Assembly: GCF_004010195.1 (NCBI RefSeq)
Contig: NC_057753.1
Span: 14,649,366 to 14,700,361 of the forward strand
Source: Chiloscyllium plagiosum
Taxonomy: Eukaryota
DNA: 50,996 nt
Direction of reading: 5' to 3'
How positions within the stretch are numbered: position 1 is the stretch's first letter; every line of letters starts with the position of its first letter. Shown one piece after another: positions 24,995 through 37,011 of the stretch. The position numbers and the translations under genes are program-made. Under the pieces are notes generated by a model. That model ran no database searches. It was not told where the DNA came from and saw only the letters and a list, made by a program, of their open reading frames with translations.

Positions 24995-25051
24995 TGAATG
25001 ATGGCTTGAAGCTTATCTTTGGTGGTGGGACCAGACTGATAGTGGAGCCAA
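24995..25051 (+). CDS. TRAJ: J32, family A, NDGLKLIFGGGTRLIVEP
   Basis: RSS 24967-24994; donor GTAAGT. Confidence 0.9.
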
Positions 25052-25436
25052 GTAAGTTTTGGGGATTTTCACAGAATAATGTCCACGGGCTTGGGTTGGA
25101 TAGTGCTCATGAGTAGGTCCGAAGAGATAATAATTTCCCAGGCCAGCGATACGGTACAGACGGGATGCCATATTCAGAGTAACATCCCCAGACTATCGGT
25201 GGGGCTGATACACCGGGCACTCTGCTCTGAGTTGAGATCAGAAGTTTTTTTTTAACAAAATAGGAGGTAGACCCTAATTCACATCCGTGGTGGCTAAGAA
25301 AATACCTCCACAGTGTTAGAGACCTTGTCACAGCATTGAACAGTTGCATAACCTGTACCCCCAAGTGTACCCATCAGAGCATAAAGAGGGTAATGATCAC
25401 AGCACTGGGGTTTTTGCTGAGGGGTGCAGTGCTGTG

Positions 25437-25502
25437 TGAATGCTGGAGCAACTGGTTATGGACTTATCTTTGGCGAGGGGACAAAGTTAATTGTGGAGCC
25501 AA
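25437..25502 (+). CDS. TRAJ: J33, family B, NAGATGYGLIFGEGTKLIVEP
   Basis: RSS 25409-25436; donor GTAGGT. Confidence 0.9.
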
Positions 25503-26393
25503 GTAGGTATTCAGAAACACCCCGACACAGCTTATGTCTATTATGAGAGTTTGTGCCTGTCTATTCTATCTGTGCAAAGCATCCATTAAGATCTCCTCAT
25601 GTGAAAGTCATCTTGAATATCAGTCAGTTTCTTTTGCCTTATAGAGTATAGACTCTACAGTGTCTGAGGCGATTAGTCTGTGTGGACTGAAGTGGGAATC
25701 TTCCTGATCTCCTGGGTGAGGGGGAATGGTTCAGGGGAAACCCAGGATAGAATTCAATAGCGAAGCTGAGAGGCAACTCATAGCACCAACACCGTCCAGT
25801 TGGATAGAGAAATCTATCCAATGAAACGAAATTATCGTGATGTCTTTATTAATTCCTGAGCTGAGAAAAAAATTATCGTGATGTTTTAATTCATTCCTCA
25901 GCATCAAATCAAACTGTTTGATTTCTGGATATATAAACTGATGCCTTAAAATGTCTGTACAGCCCAGGTCAGAACCTCTCCAACGGACACTCACACCACT
26001 GAGATAGGATTCATTAATGGGGTGGGTGGATGAGACGGGCAGAGAGGGAGGCAGTGAGGAGACTCTAGCTGTGTTAAAAGCATACACCCGACCTTAGTTA
26101 GCAAATGTATATCTCACAGAATAATAACTGACTCTGGTAGTCTAGGTCAGATTGCTTACAGACATTTGTGAATATTATGAGAAGGAAGGTAATTTTTTGG
26201 AGGTGGGTCGTGATTTCGAGTGGAATCCGTGAGTTTTGGTTTCTGAGTGGACAACTTTAGGAAACTGATTCCACTACATGGAAGTAATTTCATGGATATA
26301 ATGGGTGTCATCTGGTTGAAATGGTTATGGTTATCCAGACAAAGAACAGACACTAACTGGGACACGGTTTTTGTCAGGAAGTGTAGGGCTGTG

Positions 26394-26453
26394 TGAGTGA
26401 TGGTACCAACAAGCTTATCTTCGGAGGTGGGACCAGACTGATGGTGGAGCCAA
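26394..26453 (+). CDS. TRAJ: J34, family A, SDGTNKLIFGGGTRLMVEP
   Basis: RSS 26366-26393; donor GTAAGT. Confidence 0.9.
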
Positions 26454-26840
26454 GTAAGTGTTGAGGATTGTCACAGAATAATGTCTATGGGCTTGTGTTG
26501 GATGGCGACCATGAGTAGGTCAGCAGAGATAATAATTCCCCAGACCACAGATATGGTACAGTAAGGATATCATACTTGGGGTAACATCCCCAGGTTGGCA
26601 GTGAGGCTGACACACCAGGAGCTCTGCTCTGAGTTGGGACGGAGGTTTCCTTTTTAAAATAGGAGGTAGACCCTAATTCACATCAGCAGTGACTAAGAAA
26701 TGACTTCCACAGTGTTAGAGACCTTATCACATCATTGAAAAATTTACATAACCTGTACCCCCAAGTGTACCCACCAGAGAATAAAGATGGTAATGATCAC
26801 GCCACTGGGGTGGGTTTTTGCTAAGGGGTGCAGTGCTGTG

Positions 26841-26906
26841 TGAATACTAGAGCAGTTGGTTATGGACTTACCTTTGGCAAAGGGACAAAGTTAACCGTGG
26901 AGCCAA
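26841..26906 (+). CDS. TRAJ: J35, family B, NTRAVGYGLTFGKGTKLTVEP
   Basis: RSS 26813-26840; donor GTAGGT. Confidence 0.9.
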
Positions 26907-27759
26907 GTAGGTATTCAGAAACACCCCTACACTGCTTATGTCTATTATGAGAGTTTGTGTGATCTATTCTATCTGTGCAAAGCACCCATTAAGATCTCAA
27001 CATGTGAAATTGATCTTGACTGTCAGGCGGACTCTACCTTTATACTTTATAGAGTATAGACCCTACAGTGTCTGAGGCGATCAGCCTGTGTGGATTGAAG
27101 TGGGAATTTTCCTGAGTACCTGGATGAGGGAGAATGGTTCAGGGGAAACCCACGATAGAATTCAAAAGCAAAGCCGAGAGGCTCCTCAAAGCAGGAACAC
27201 TGTCCAGTTGGACAGAGAAAATTCCTTCCGCAGAGTACATTATTACAAGAGAAATTATCGTGATGTTCACATTAATTTCTGAGCATCAAATCGAAGTGTT
27301 TGATTTCCGGATATATGAACTGATGCCTTGAAATCTCCGTGTGGCCGAGGTCTGCACTTGTCCAGGCCACAGTCAAACCATCTATTAATGCAGTTAGGTG
27401 GATGGAGATGGGTGGAGAGGGAGACAGTGAGGAGAGTCTATCTGTGTTAATGGCACAGGCTCTAACTTAGAGTACAACAGTAAATCTCACGGTGTAATAA
27501 GTGACTCTGGGAGCCTGGGTCAGACTGTTTAAGGACCTGTGCGAATATGGTGAGAGGGAAGGTAATTTTTGGAAGTCGGTCACGATTGAGATTGCAATCC
27601 AATGAGTGTTCGCTTCTGAGTGGACAACTTTAGGAAACTGATTTCAAAGCATGGAAGTAATTTCATTGATAAAATGGGTGGTGAAAGTGGTTATAGTGGT
27701 CCAGACACAGAACAGTCACTAACTAGGAGAGGGTTTTTGTCAGGAAGTGTAGGGTTGTG

Positions 27760-27816
27760 TGAATGATGGCTTCAAGCTTATCTTTGGAGGTGGGACGAGA
27801 CTGATAGTGGAACCAA
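27760..27816 (+). CDS. TRAJ: J36, family A, NDGFKLIFGGGTRLIVEP
   Basis: RSS 27732-27759 (heptamer GGTTGTG); donor GTAAGT. Confidence 0.86.
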
Positions 27817-28206
27817 GTAAGTTTTGGGATTTGCACAGAATAATATCCATGGGCTTGTGTTGGATAGCGATCATGAGTAGGTCAGCAGAGATAATAATTC
27901 CCCAGGCCACAGATACGGGACAGCAAGGGATATCATAATCGGGGTAACATCCCCAGATTATTGGTGGGGCTGAACCACCAGGCACTCTGCTCTGAGTTGG
28001 GAACAGAAGTTTTTGTTTCACAGAAAGTAGGAGGTAGACCCTAACTGACATCAGTGGTGGCTAAGAAAATACCTCCACAGCATTAGAGACCTTATCACAG
28101 CAGTGAACAAGTCCATATCCTGTAACCCAGGTGTACCCATCAGAGAATAAAGATGGTAATGATCACTCCTCTGGGGTGGGTTTTTGCTGAGGGGCGCAGT
28201 TCTGTG

Positions 28207-28269
28207 TGAATGCTGAAGCTGGTTATAAGCGTATCTTTGGAGAGGGGACAAAGTTAACCGTGGAGCCAA
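28207..28269 (+). CDS. TRAJ: J37, family B, NAEAGYKRIFGEGTKLTVEP
   Basis: RSS 28179-28206 (heptamer TTCTGTG); donor GTAGGT. Confidence 0.87.
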
Positions 28270-29114
28270 GTAGGTATTCAGAAACACCCCGACACAGCTT
28301 ATGTCTATTATGAGAGTTTGTGTGTGTGTTTTCTGTCTGTGCAAAGCATCCATTAAGATCTTCTCATCTCAAATTCATCCTGAATGTCAGTCAGTTTCTG
28401 CCATTTTGCTTGATAGAGTATAGACCCTACAATGTCTGAGGTGATTAGTCTGTGTGGACTGAAGTGGGAATCTTCCTGAGTACCTGGATCAAGGGGAATA
28501 ATTCAGGGCAAATCCAGGATAGATAGCGAAGCTGAGAGGCAACTCAAAGCAGGAACCCCGTGCAGTTGGATAGAGAAATCTCATACATTCAGTGAAAAGA
28601 AATTATCGTGAGGTTTTTGTTCATTCCTGAGCATCAAATCAAAGTATTTGATTTCTGGATATATAAACGGGTGCCTTAAAATGTCTGTACAGCCCAGGTC
28701 AGAACCTCTCCAGCAGACACTCATACCACTGAGATAGGATTCATTAATGGGGTGGGTGGGTGAGACGGGCAGAGAGGGAGGCAGTGAGGAGACTCTATCT
28801 GTGTTAAAGGCATACACCCGACCTTAGTTTGCAACAGTATATCTCACAGAATAATAACTGACTCTGGTAGTCTAGGTCAGACTGCTTACAGACATTTGTG
28901 AATATTGTGAGAAGGAAGGTAATTTTTGGAGGTGGGTCGTGATTTCGAGTGGAATCCATGAGTGTTGGTTTCCGAGTGGACAACTTTAGGAAACTGATTC
29001 CACTACATGAGAATAATTTCATGAACAAAATGGGTGCCATCTGTTTGAAATTTTTTGGTGGTGCAGACAAAGAACAGACACTAACTGGGAGAAGGGTTTT
29101 GTCAGGAAGTGTAG

Positions 29115-29162
29115 GCTATAAGCTTATCTTTGGAGGTGGGACGAGACTGATAGTGGAGCCAA
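29115..29162 (+). pseudogene. TRAJ: J38, family A, heptamer and 5' codons deleted (..YKLIFGGGTRLIVEP)
   Basis: Nonamer + spacer 29094-29114 run straight into GCTATAAGCTT. Confidence 0.82.
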
Positions 29163-29565
29163 GTAAGTGTTGGGGATTCAACTGAATTTAATTCAATTCA
29201 CTGAATCACTTCCACGGGCTTGTGTTGGATAGCGATCACGAGTAGGTCAGTAGAGATAATAATTCCCCAGACCGCAGATGCAGTACAGCAAGGGATACCG
29301 TACTCAGAATAACATCCCCAAATTATTGGTGGGGCTGACCCACCAGGCGCTCTGCTCTGTGTTGGGATCAGAAGTTTTATTAAAAATAGGAGGTAGACGC
29401 TACCCAACATCAGAGGTGGCTATGAAAATACTTCCACAGCGTTAGAGACCTTGTCACTGTATTGAATAATTGAGGAGCCTGTACCCCAGGTGTACCCACC
29501 ACCGCATTAAGATGGTAATGATCACGCCACTGGGGTGGGTTTTTGCTAAGGGGTGCAGTGCTGTG

Positions 29566-29628
29566 TGAACGATGGAGCTGGTTATGGACTTACCTTTGGA
29601 CAGGGGACAAAGTTAACCGTGGAGCCAA
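29566..29628 (+). CDS. TRAJ: J39, family B, NDGAGYGLTFGQGTKLTVEP
   Basis: RSS 29538-29565; donor GTAGGT. Confidence 0.9.
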
Positions 29629-30480
29629 GTAGGTATTCAGAAACACCCCAACACAGCTTATATACTTTATGAGAGTTTGTGTGTGTCTATTCTATCTATG
29701 CAAAGCATCCATTAAGATCTCCTCATCTGAAATTCATCTTAAATCTCAATCAGTTTCTGCCGTTTTGCTTCATGGAGTATAGATCCTACAGTGTCTGAGG
29801 CGATTAGTCTGTGTGGACTGAAGTGGGAATCTTCCTGAGTACCTGGGTCGGGGGAAGGTTTTGAGAGAAACCCAGGATAGAGTTAGGTAGCGAAACTGAG
29901 GGGCAACTCAAAGCAGGAACATCGTGCAGTTGGATAGAGAAACCGCGTACATTCATTGCAAAGAAATTATGATGATGTTCTCATTAATTCGTGACCATCA
30001 AATCGAAGTGTTTGATTTCCGGATATATGAACCGATGCTTTGAAATCTCTGTGTGGTCGAGGTCTGCACTTGTCTAGGCCACACTCAAACCATCTATGAA
30101 TGCAGTTAGGTGGATGGAGACGGGTGGAGAGGGAGACAGTGAGGAGAGTCTATTTGTGTTAACGGCACAGGCCACAGCTTAGAGTACAACAGTAAATCTC
30201 ACAGAATGATAACTGACTCTGGGAGTCTGGGTCAGACAGTTTAAGGATGTGTGTGTGAATATGGTGAGAGGGAAGGTAATTTTTGGAAGTTGGTCATGAT
30301 TAAGATTGGAATCCAATGAGTGTTCGTTTCTGATTGGACATCTTTAGGAAACTGATTCCAACGCATGGAAGTAATTTCATGGATAAAGTTGGTGCCATCT
30401 GGTTGAAATGGTTATGGGAGTACAGGCAAAAAACAGACACTAACTGGGAGAGGGTTTTTGTCAGCAAGTGTAGGGCTGTG

Positions 30481-30537
30481 TGAATGATGCCTACGGCTTT
30501 ACCTTTGGAGATGGGACCAGACTGATAGTGGAGCCAA
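30481..30537 (+). CDS. TRAJ: J40, family A, NDAYGFTFGDGTRLIVEP
   Basis: RSS 30453-30480; donor GTAAGT. Confidence 0.9.
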
Positions 30538-30925
30538 GTAAGTGTTGGGGATTGTCACAGAATAATGTCCACAGGTTTGTGTTGGATAGCGACTATGAGT
30601 AGGTCAGCAGTGATAATAATTCCCCAGACCATGGATACAATACAGCAAGGGGTACTGTACTCGGGGTAACATCTCCGGATTATTTGTGGGGCTGACACAC
30701 CAGACACTCTGCTCTGAGTTGGGATCAGAAGGTCTTTTTTGAAAAAGTAGGAGGTAGACCCTAATTCACTTCCGTGGTGGCTAAGAAAATACCTTCACAG
30801 TGTTAGAGACCTTATCACAGCACTGAACAACTGCATAACCTGTACCCCAAGTGAACCCAGCAGAGCATAAAGATGGTAATGATCACTCCACAGGGGTGGG
30901 TTTTTCTGAGGGACGCAGTGCTGTG

Positions 30926-30988
30926 TGAATACTAGAACTGGTTATAAGCTTATCTTTGGAGAAGGGACAAAGTTAACCGTGGAGCCAA
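30926..30988 (+). CDS. TRAJ: J41, family B, NTRTGYKLIFGEGTKLTVEP
   Basis: Heptamer 30919-30925; nonamer altered (GGGTTTTTC); donor GTAGGT. Confidence 0.82.
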
Positions 30989-31060
30989 GTAGGTATTCAG
31001 AAACACCCCAACACAGCTTATGTCTATTATGAGAGTTTGTGTCTGTCTATTCTAGCTGTG

Positions 31061-31368
31061 GGTGGCACGGTGGCACAGTGGTTAGCACTGCTGCCTCACA
31101 GCGCCTGAGACCCAGGTTCAATTCCCGCCTCAGGCGACTGACTGTGTGGAGTTTGCACGTTCTCCCCCTGTCTGCGTGGGTTTCCTCCGGGTGCTCCGGT
31201 TTCCTCCCACAGTCCAAAGATGTGCAGGTCAGGTGAATTGGCCATGCTAAATTGCCCATAGTGTTAGGTAAGGGGTAAATGTAGGGGTATGGGTGGGTTG
31301 CGCTTCGGCGGGTCGGTGTGGACTTGTTGGGCCGAAGGGCCTGTTTCCACACTGTAATGTAATGTAAT
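31061..31368 (+). mobile_element. Full-length HE1-type (V-SINE) elasmobranch SINE
   Basis: tRNA-like head TGGCACAGTGG...GGTTCAATTCC; V-domain TGCGTGGGTTTCCTCCGGGTGCTCCGGTTTCCTCCCAC; (TGTAA)n tail; CTGTG on both sides. Confidence 0.9.
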
Positions 31369-32161
31369 CTGTGCAAAGCACCCATTAAGATCTCCTCATC
31401 TGAAAGTCATTTTGAATGTCAGGCAGTTTCTACAGATTTGCTTTATAGAGTATAAACCCTACAGTGTCAGAGGTGATTAGTCTGTGTGGACTGAAGTGGG
31501 TATCTTTCTGAGTACCTGGGTCGGGGGGGAATGGTTCAAGGGAAACCCAGGATAGAGTTAGATAGGGAAGCTGAGAGGCAACTCAAACCAGGAATACTGT
31601 GCAGTTGGATAGAGGAACCTCGTACATTCATTGCAAAGAAATTATCATGATGTTCTCATGAATTCCTGAGCATCAAGTCAAAGTGTTTGATTCCTGGATA
31701 TATGAACTGCGGCCTTGAAGTGTCAGTACAGCCCAGGTCAGCATCTCTCCAGGGCACACTCACACCACTGAGATAGGATTCATTAATGGGGTAGGTGAAT
31801 GAGACGGGCAAAGTGGAGGCAGTGAGGAGAGTCTATCTGTGTTAAAGGTCTACAATCTACCTTAGATTGTAACAGTAAATCTCACAGAATAATACCTGAC
31901 TCTGGGAGTCTGGGTCAGACTGTTTAAGGACGTGTGTGAATATTGTGAGAAGGAAGGTAATTTTTGGAAGTGGATCACGATTGAGAGTGGAATCCAATGA
32001 GTGTTCGATTCTGAGTGGACAACTTTAGGAAACTGATTCCACTGCATGGAAGTAATTTCATGGATAAAATGAGTGCCGTCTGGTTGAAATTGCATTGGTG
32101 GTACAGGCAAAGTACAGACACGAAGTGGGGAAGGGTTTTTGTCAGGATGTGTAGGGCTGTG

Positions 32162-32218
32162 TGAGTGATGGCTACACCTTTATCTTTGGAGGTGGGACCA
32201 GACTGATAGTGGAGCCAA
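32162..32218 (+). CDS. TRAJ: J42, family A, SDGYTFIFGGGTRLIVEP
   Basis: RSS 32134-32161; donor GTAAGT. Confidence 0.9.
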
Positions 32219-32567
32219 GTAAGTGTTGGTACTTGCACAGAATAATGTCCATGGGCTTGTGTTGGATAGCGATCACGAGTAGGTCAGCAGAGATAATAAT
32301 TCCCCAGACCACAGATACGGTACACCAAGGGATATTGTACTCGGGGGAACATCCCCAGATTATGTTGGGGCTGACACACCGGGTGCTCTGCTCTGAGTTG
32401 GGATCAGAAGTTTTATTTAAAGTGGGAGGTAGACCATAATACACATCAGTGGTGGCTAAGAAAATACTTCCGCAGTGTTAGAGACCTTATCACAGCATTG
32501 AATAATTGAGTAGCCAGTACCCCAAGTGTACCCACCAGCGCATTAAGATGGCAATGATCACTCCACT

Positions 32568-32672
32568 GATGGAGTTGGTTATAAGCATATCTTTGGAGAG
32601 GGGACAAAGTTAACCGTGGAGCTGGTTATGGACTTGTCCTGGGAGAAGGGACAAAGTTAACCGTGGAGCCAA
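32568..32672 (+). pseudogene. TRAJ: J43, RSS-less out-of-frame fusion of two family-B Js (DGVGYKHIFGEGTKLTVE / GAGYGLVLGEGTKLTVEP)
   Basis: CTCCACTG joined to ATGGAGTT with the whole RSS missing; two FR4 copies overlap at TGGAGC. Confidence 0.85.
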
Positions 32673-33531
32673 GTAGGTATTCAGAAACACCCCGACAAAG
32701 CTTATGTCTATTATGAGAGTTTATGTGTGTCCATTCTGTCGATGCAAAGCATCCATTAAGATCTCAACATGTGTAATTCATCTTGACTTTCAGTCAGCTG
32801 CTGCCATTTTGCTTTATAGAGTATAGACTCTACAGTGTCTGAGGCGATTAGTCTGTGTGGATTGAAGTGGGAATTTTCCTTAACTCCTTGGTGAGGGGGA
32901 ATGGTTCAGTGGAAACCCAGGATAGAATTCAATAGTGAAGCCGAGAGGCTCCTCAAAGCAGGAACACTGTCCAGTTGGACAGAGAAAATTCCTTCCACAC
33001 AGTACATTATTACAAGAGAAATTATCGTGATGTTCACATTAATTCCTGAGCATCAAATCAAAGTGTTTGATTTCTGGATATATGAACCGATGCTTTGAAA
33101 TCTCTGAGTGGCCGAGGTCTGCACTTGTCCAGGCCACACTCAAACCATCTATTAATGCAGTTAGGTGGATGGAGACGGGTGGAGAGGGAGACAGTGAGGA
33201 GAGTCTATTTGTGTTAACGGCATAGGCTCCAGCTCAGAGTACAACAGTAAATCTCACAGAATGATAACTGACTCTGAGAGCCTGGGTCAGACTGTTTAAG
33301 GATGTGTGCAAATATGGTGAGAGGGAAGGTAAGTTTTGGTAGTCGGTCACGATTGAGATTGCAATCCAATGAGTGTTCGATTCTGAGTGGACAACTTTAG
33401 GAAACTGATTTCAAAGCATGGAAGTAATTTCATTGATAAAATGGGTGCCATCTGGTTGAAATGGTTGTGGTGGTCCAGACAAAAACAGACAGCAACTGGG
33501 AGAGGTTTTTGTCAGGAAGTGTAGGGCTGTG

Positions 33532-33588
33532 TGAGTGATGGCTTGAAGCTTATCTTCGGAGATGGGACCAGACTGATAGTGGAGCCAA
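33532..33588 (+). CDS. TRAJ: J44, family A, SDGLKLIFGDGTRLIVEP
   Basis: RSS 33504-33531; donor GTAAGT. Confidence 0.9.
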
Positions 33589-33975
33589 GTAAGTGTTGGG
33601 GATTGTCACAGAATAATGTCCCTGGGCTTGTGTTGGATAGTGACCACGGGTAGGTCAGCAGAGATAATAATTCCCCAGACTACAGATACGGTACAGCAAG
33701 GAATACCGTACTCAGGGTAACATCCCCAGATTATCGGTGGGGCTGACACACCAGGAGTTCTTTTCTGAGTTGGGATCAGGAGAATTTAAAACAAAAAAGC
33801 AAATAGGCCCTAATTCACATCAGCACTGGTTTAGAAATTACTTCCACATTGTTAGTGTCTATATCACAGCATTGCAGAATGGCATAGCGTGTGCCTCAAG
33901 TGTACCCACCAGAGATTAAAGATGGTAGTGATCACGCGACTGGGGTGGGTTTTTGCTGTGGGGCGCAGTGCTGTG

Positions 33976-34038
33976 TGTATGCTGGAACTAATTATAAGCT
34001 TATCTTTGGAGAGGGGACAAAGTTAACCGTGGAGCCAA
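33976..34038 (+). CDS. TRAJ: J45, family B, YAGTNYKLIFGEGTKLTVEP
   Basis: RSS 33948-33975; donor GTAAGT. Confidence 0.9.
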
Positions 34039-34203
34039 GTAAGTATTCAGATACACCCCAACGCAGCTTATGTCTATTATGTGAGTTTGTGTGTGTCTAT
34101 TTTATCTGTACAAAGCATCAACTAAGACTTCCACACTTGAATTTCCTCTTGAATGTCAGACTATTTCGGCCTCTTTGCTTTATACAGTGTAGACCCTACA
34201 ATG

Positions 34204-34389
34204 GAGAAAGTGAGGACTGCAGATGCTGGAGATCAGAGCTGAAAATGTGTTGCTGGAAAAGCGCAGCAGGTCAGGCAGCATCCAGGGAACAGGAGAATCA
34301 ACGTTTTGGGCATGAGCCATTCCTGAAGAAGGGCTCATGCCCGAAACGTCGATTCTCCTGCTCCTTGGATGCTGCCTGACCTGCTGCGC
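34204..34389. mobile_element. Palindromic Penelope-derived insert with 14-bp TSD
   Basis: TAGACCCTACAATG at 34190-34203 and 34390-34403; arms AGCGCAGCAGGTCAGGCAGCATCCA / TGGATGCTGCCTGACCTGCTGCGCT. Confidence 0.85.
34318..34356 (+). ncRNA. Minimal type-I hammerhead ribozyme motif (Penelope-associated)
   Basis: CTGAAGA-A-GGGC-tcat-GCCC-GAAA-CGTC; core intact, stem I weak, stem III minimal. Confidence 0.6.
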
Positions 34390-34976
34390 TAGACCCTACA
34401 ATGTCAGAGATTATTAGCCTCCGTGGATTGAAGTGGGAATCTTCCTGAGTAACTGGATCAGGGGTTCCCATTCATTCCTGAGCATCAAATCGAAGTCTGT
34501 GATTTCCATAAATAGGAACTGACACCTTGAAATCTCCATGTGTCCCAGTTCTGCACTTGTCCAGGCCACACTCACGCCACTGAGATATGGTTCATTAATG
34601 TGGTAAGGTGGATAGAAACGGGCTGCAGGGGAGACAGTCTCTTTTTGTGAAATGGATAGGTCTACCTTCGATTACAATAGTAAATCCCACAGAATAATAA
34701 CTGAATCCGGGAGTTCTGGGTCAGACTGTTTAAGAACTTGTGTGAATATTGTCAGAGGGAAGCAAATTTTTGGAAGTTGGTCACGATTGACAGCGGAATC
34801 CAATGAGTGTTGGACTCCGAATGGACAACTTTAGGAAAGTAATTTCAACACATAAAAGTAACGTCATGGGTAAAGTGCATAAAATGGGTGCCATCTGGTT
34901 GAAATAGCATTGGTGGTACAGACACAGAACAGTCACCAACTGGGAGAGGGTTTTTGTCAGGAAGTGTAGGGCTGTG

Positions 34977-35033
34977 TGAATATCAACTTCAAGCTTATCT
35001 TCGGAGGTGGGACCAGACTGGTAGTGGAGCCAA
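34977..35033 (+). CDS. TRAJ: J46, family A, NINFKLIFGGGTRLVVEP
   Basis: RSS 34949-34976; donor GTAAGT. Confidence 0.9.
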
Positions 35034-35429
35034 GTAAGTGTTGGGGATTGTCACAGAATAATGTCCATTTGCTTGTGTTGGATAGCGACCACAAGTAGGT
35101 CAGCAGACATAATAATTCTCCAGACCACAGATACAGCGCAGCAAGGGATACCGTACTCAGGGGAACATCCCCAGATTATCGGTGGGGCTGACCCACCAGG
35201 CGCTCTGCTCTGAGTTGGGATTAGGAGAATTTTTAATTTAAATATAACCAGGAGATAAGGCCCAATTCACATCATTGCTGGTTTTGAAAGTACTTGAACA
35301 GGGTTAGTGTGTGTATCACAGCATTGTCGAATTGCAGAGCGTGTACTTCTTGTTTACCCACCAGACCATAAAGGTAGTAACAATCAAGGCGGGAGGGGTG
35401 GGATTTTTGCTGAGGGGTGCAGTGCTGTG

Positions 35430-35492
35430 TGAATGATGGAACTGGTTATAAGCGTATCTTTGGTGAGGGGACAGAGTTAATCGTGGAACCGA
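35430..35492 (+). CDS. TRAJ: J47, family B, NDGTGYKRIFGEGTELIVEP
   Basis: RSS 35402-35429; donor GTAAGT. Confidence 0.87.
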
Positions 35493-36499
35493 GTAAGTAT
35501 TCAGTTACACCTCCATACAGCTTACGCCAGCACGTGTGTGTGTATGTGTGTGTGTGTGTGAATTTTGTCTTTACAAAGAGATGTCCACATTTGACATTCA
35601 TCTTTAATGTCAGATGGTTTCTGTCCCTTTGCTTTACAGAGTATAGACCCTACAGTGTCTGAGGGGATTAGCCTATAGGCATTGAAGTGGGAATTTTCCT
35701 GAAGTCCTGGATCACGGGGAAAGGTTCTGGGGAAACCCAGGATAGAATTAAATAGTGAAGCCGAGAGGTTCCTCAGAGCCGGAACACCGCTCAGTTGGAC
35801 AGAGAAGGCTGCTTTCACAGACATCATTATTTCAATAGAAACTATTGTGTGGTTCTCATAATTCCTGAGCACCTAATCAATGGGTGTGATTCCTGTAAAT
35901 AGGAGCTGATGCCGTGAAATCGCCGTGCGTCCCAGAGCTGCACTTGTCCAGGCTATATTCAAACTGCACATTGCTCAGAATGGACACAACGTGTCCATCA
36001 CGCTGCACTAACCTTTCACACCCAATGTCTTATTGATGAGGGAAAGGGACGGTAGAGAAGGAAGGAAAAGGAAGCAAATCCTGCTCTCCCCATGCCACTA
36101 ACTCTTGGAACATTCTTTCCCACTGTCATATGATACATTCATGTGTTTCGGTGGACACAGGGACAGACAGACAGTGTTAAATGGATAGACTCTCCCTTAG
36201 ATTGCAACAGTAAATCTCACAGGATAATAACTGATTCTGGGAGTTTGGGTCAGACTATTTGAGGACGTGTGTGAGTATTGTCAGTGGAATGCAAATTTTT
36301 GGAAGTTGGTTGTGGTTCAGGCTGGAACCCAGTGAGTATTGGATTCTGAATGGACAACTTTAGGAAACTGATTCCAACTCATAAAAACAATGTCGTGAGG
36401 ATTGTACAGCTAATGGGTGCCATCTGCTTGAAATAGCATTGGTGGTACAGACACAGAATAGTCTGGGAGAGGGTTTTTGTCAGGAAGTGTAGGGCTGTG

Positions 36500-36556
36500 T
36501 GAATAACAACTTCAAACTTATCTTCGGAGGTGGGACCAGACTGATAGTGGAGCCAA
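36500..36556 (+). CDS. TRAJ: J48, family A, NNNFKLIFGGGTRLIVEP
   Basis: RSS 36472-36499; donor GTAAGT. Confidence 0.9.
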
Positions 36557-37011
36557 GTAAGTGTTGGGGATTGTCACAGAATAATGTCCACGGGCTTGTG
36601 TTGGATAGCAACCATGAGTAGGTCAGCAGAGATAATAATTCCCCAGACTGCAAACACGGTACAGCAAGGGATACCGTACTCGGGACAACATCTGTGTTAA
36701 AGGCAACCATTTTGCCTTAGATTGCAACAATAAATCTCACAGAATAATACCTGACTCTGGGGGTCTGGGTCAATCTGTTTAAGGATGTGTGTGAATATGG
36801 TGAGACGGAAAGTAATTTTTGGAAGTTAGCCGCGATTGAGATCGCAATCCAATGTGTCTTCGATTCTGAGTGGACAACTTTAGGAAACTGATTCCATGGA
36901 AGTAATTTCATGGATAAAATGGGTGCCATTTGGTTGAAATGGTTGCAGTGGTCCAGACACAGAACAGTCACAAACTGGGAGAGGGTTTTTGTCAGGAAGT
37001 GTAGGGCTGTG

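Noticed and set aside
31061..31140. tRNA-like sequence
   Set aside because: It is the SINE head, not a tRNA gene
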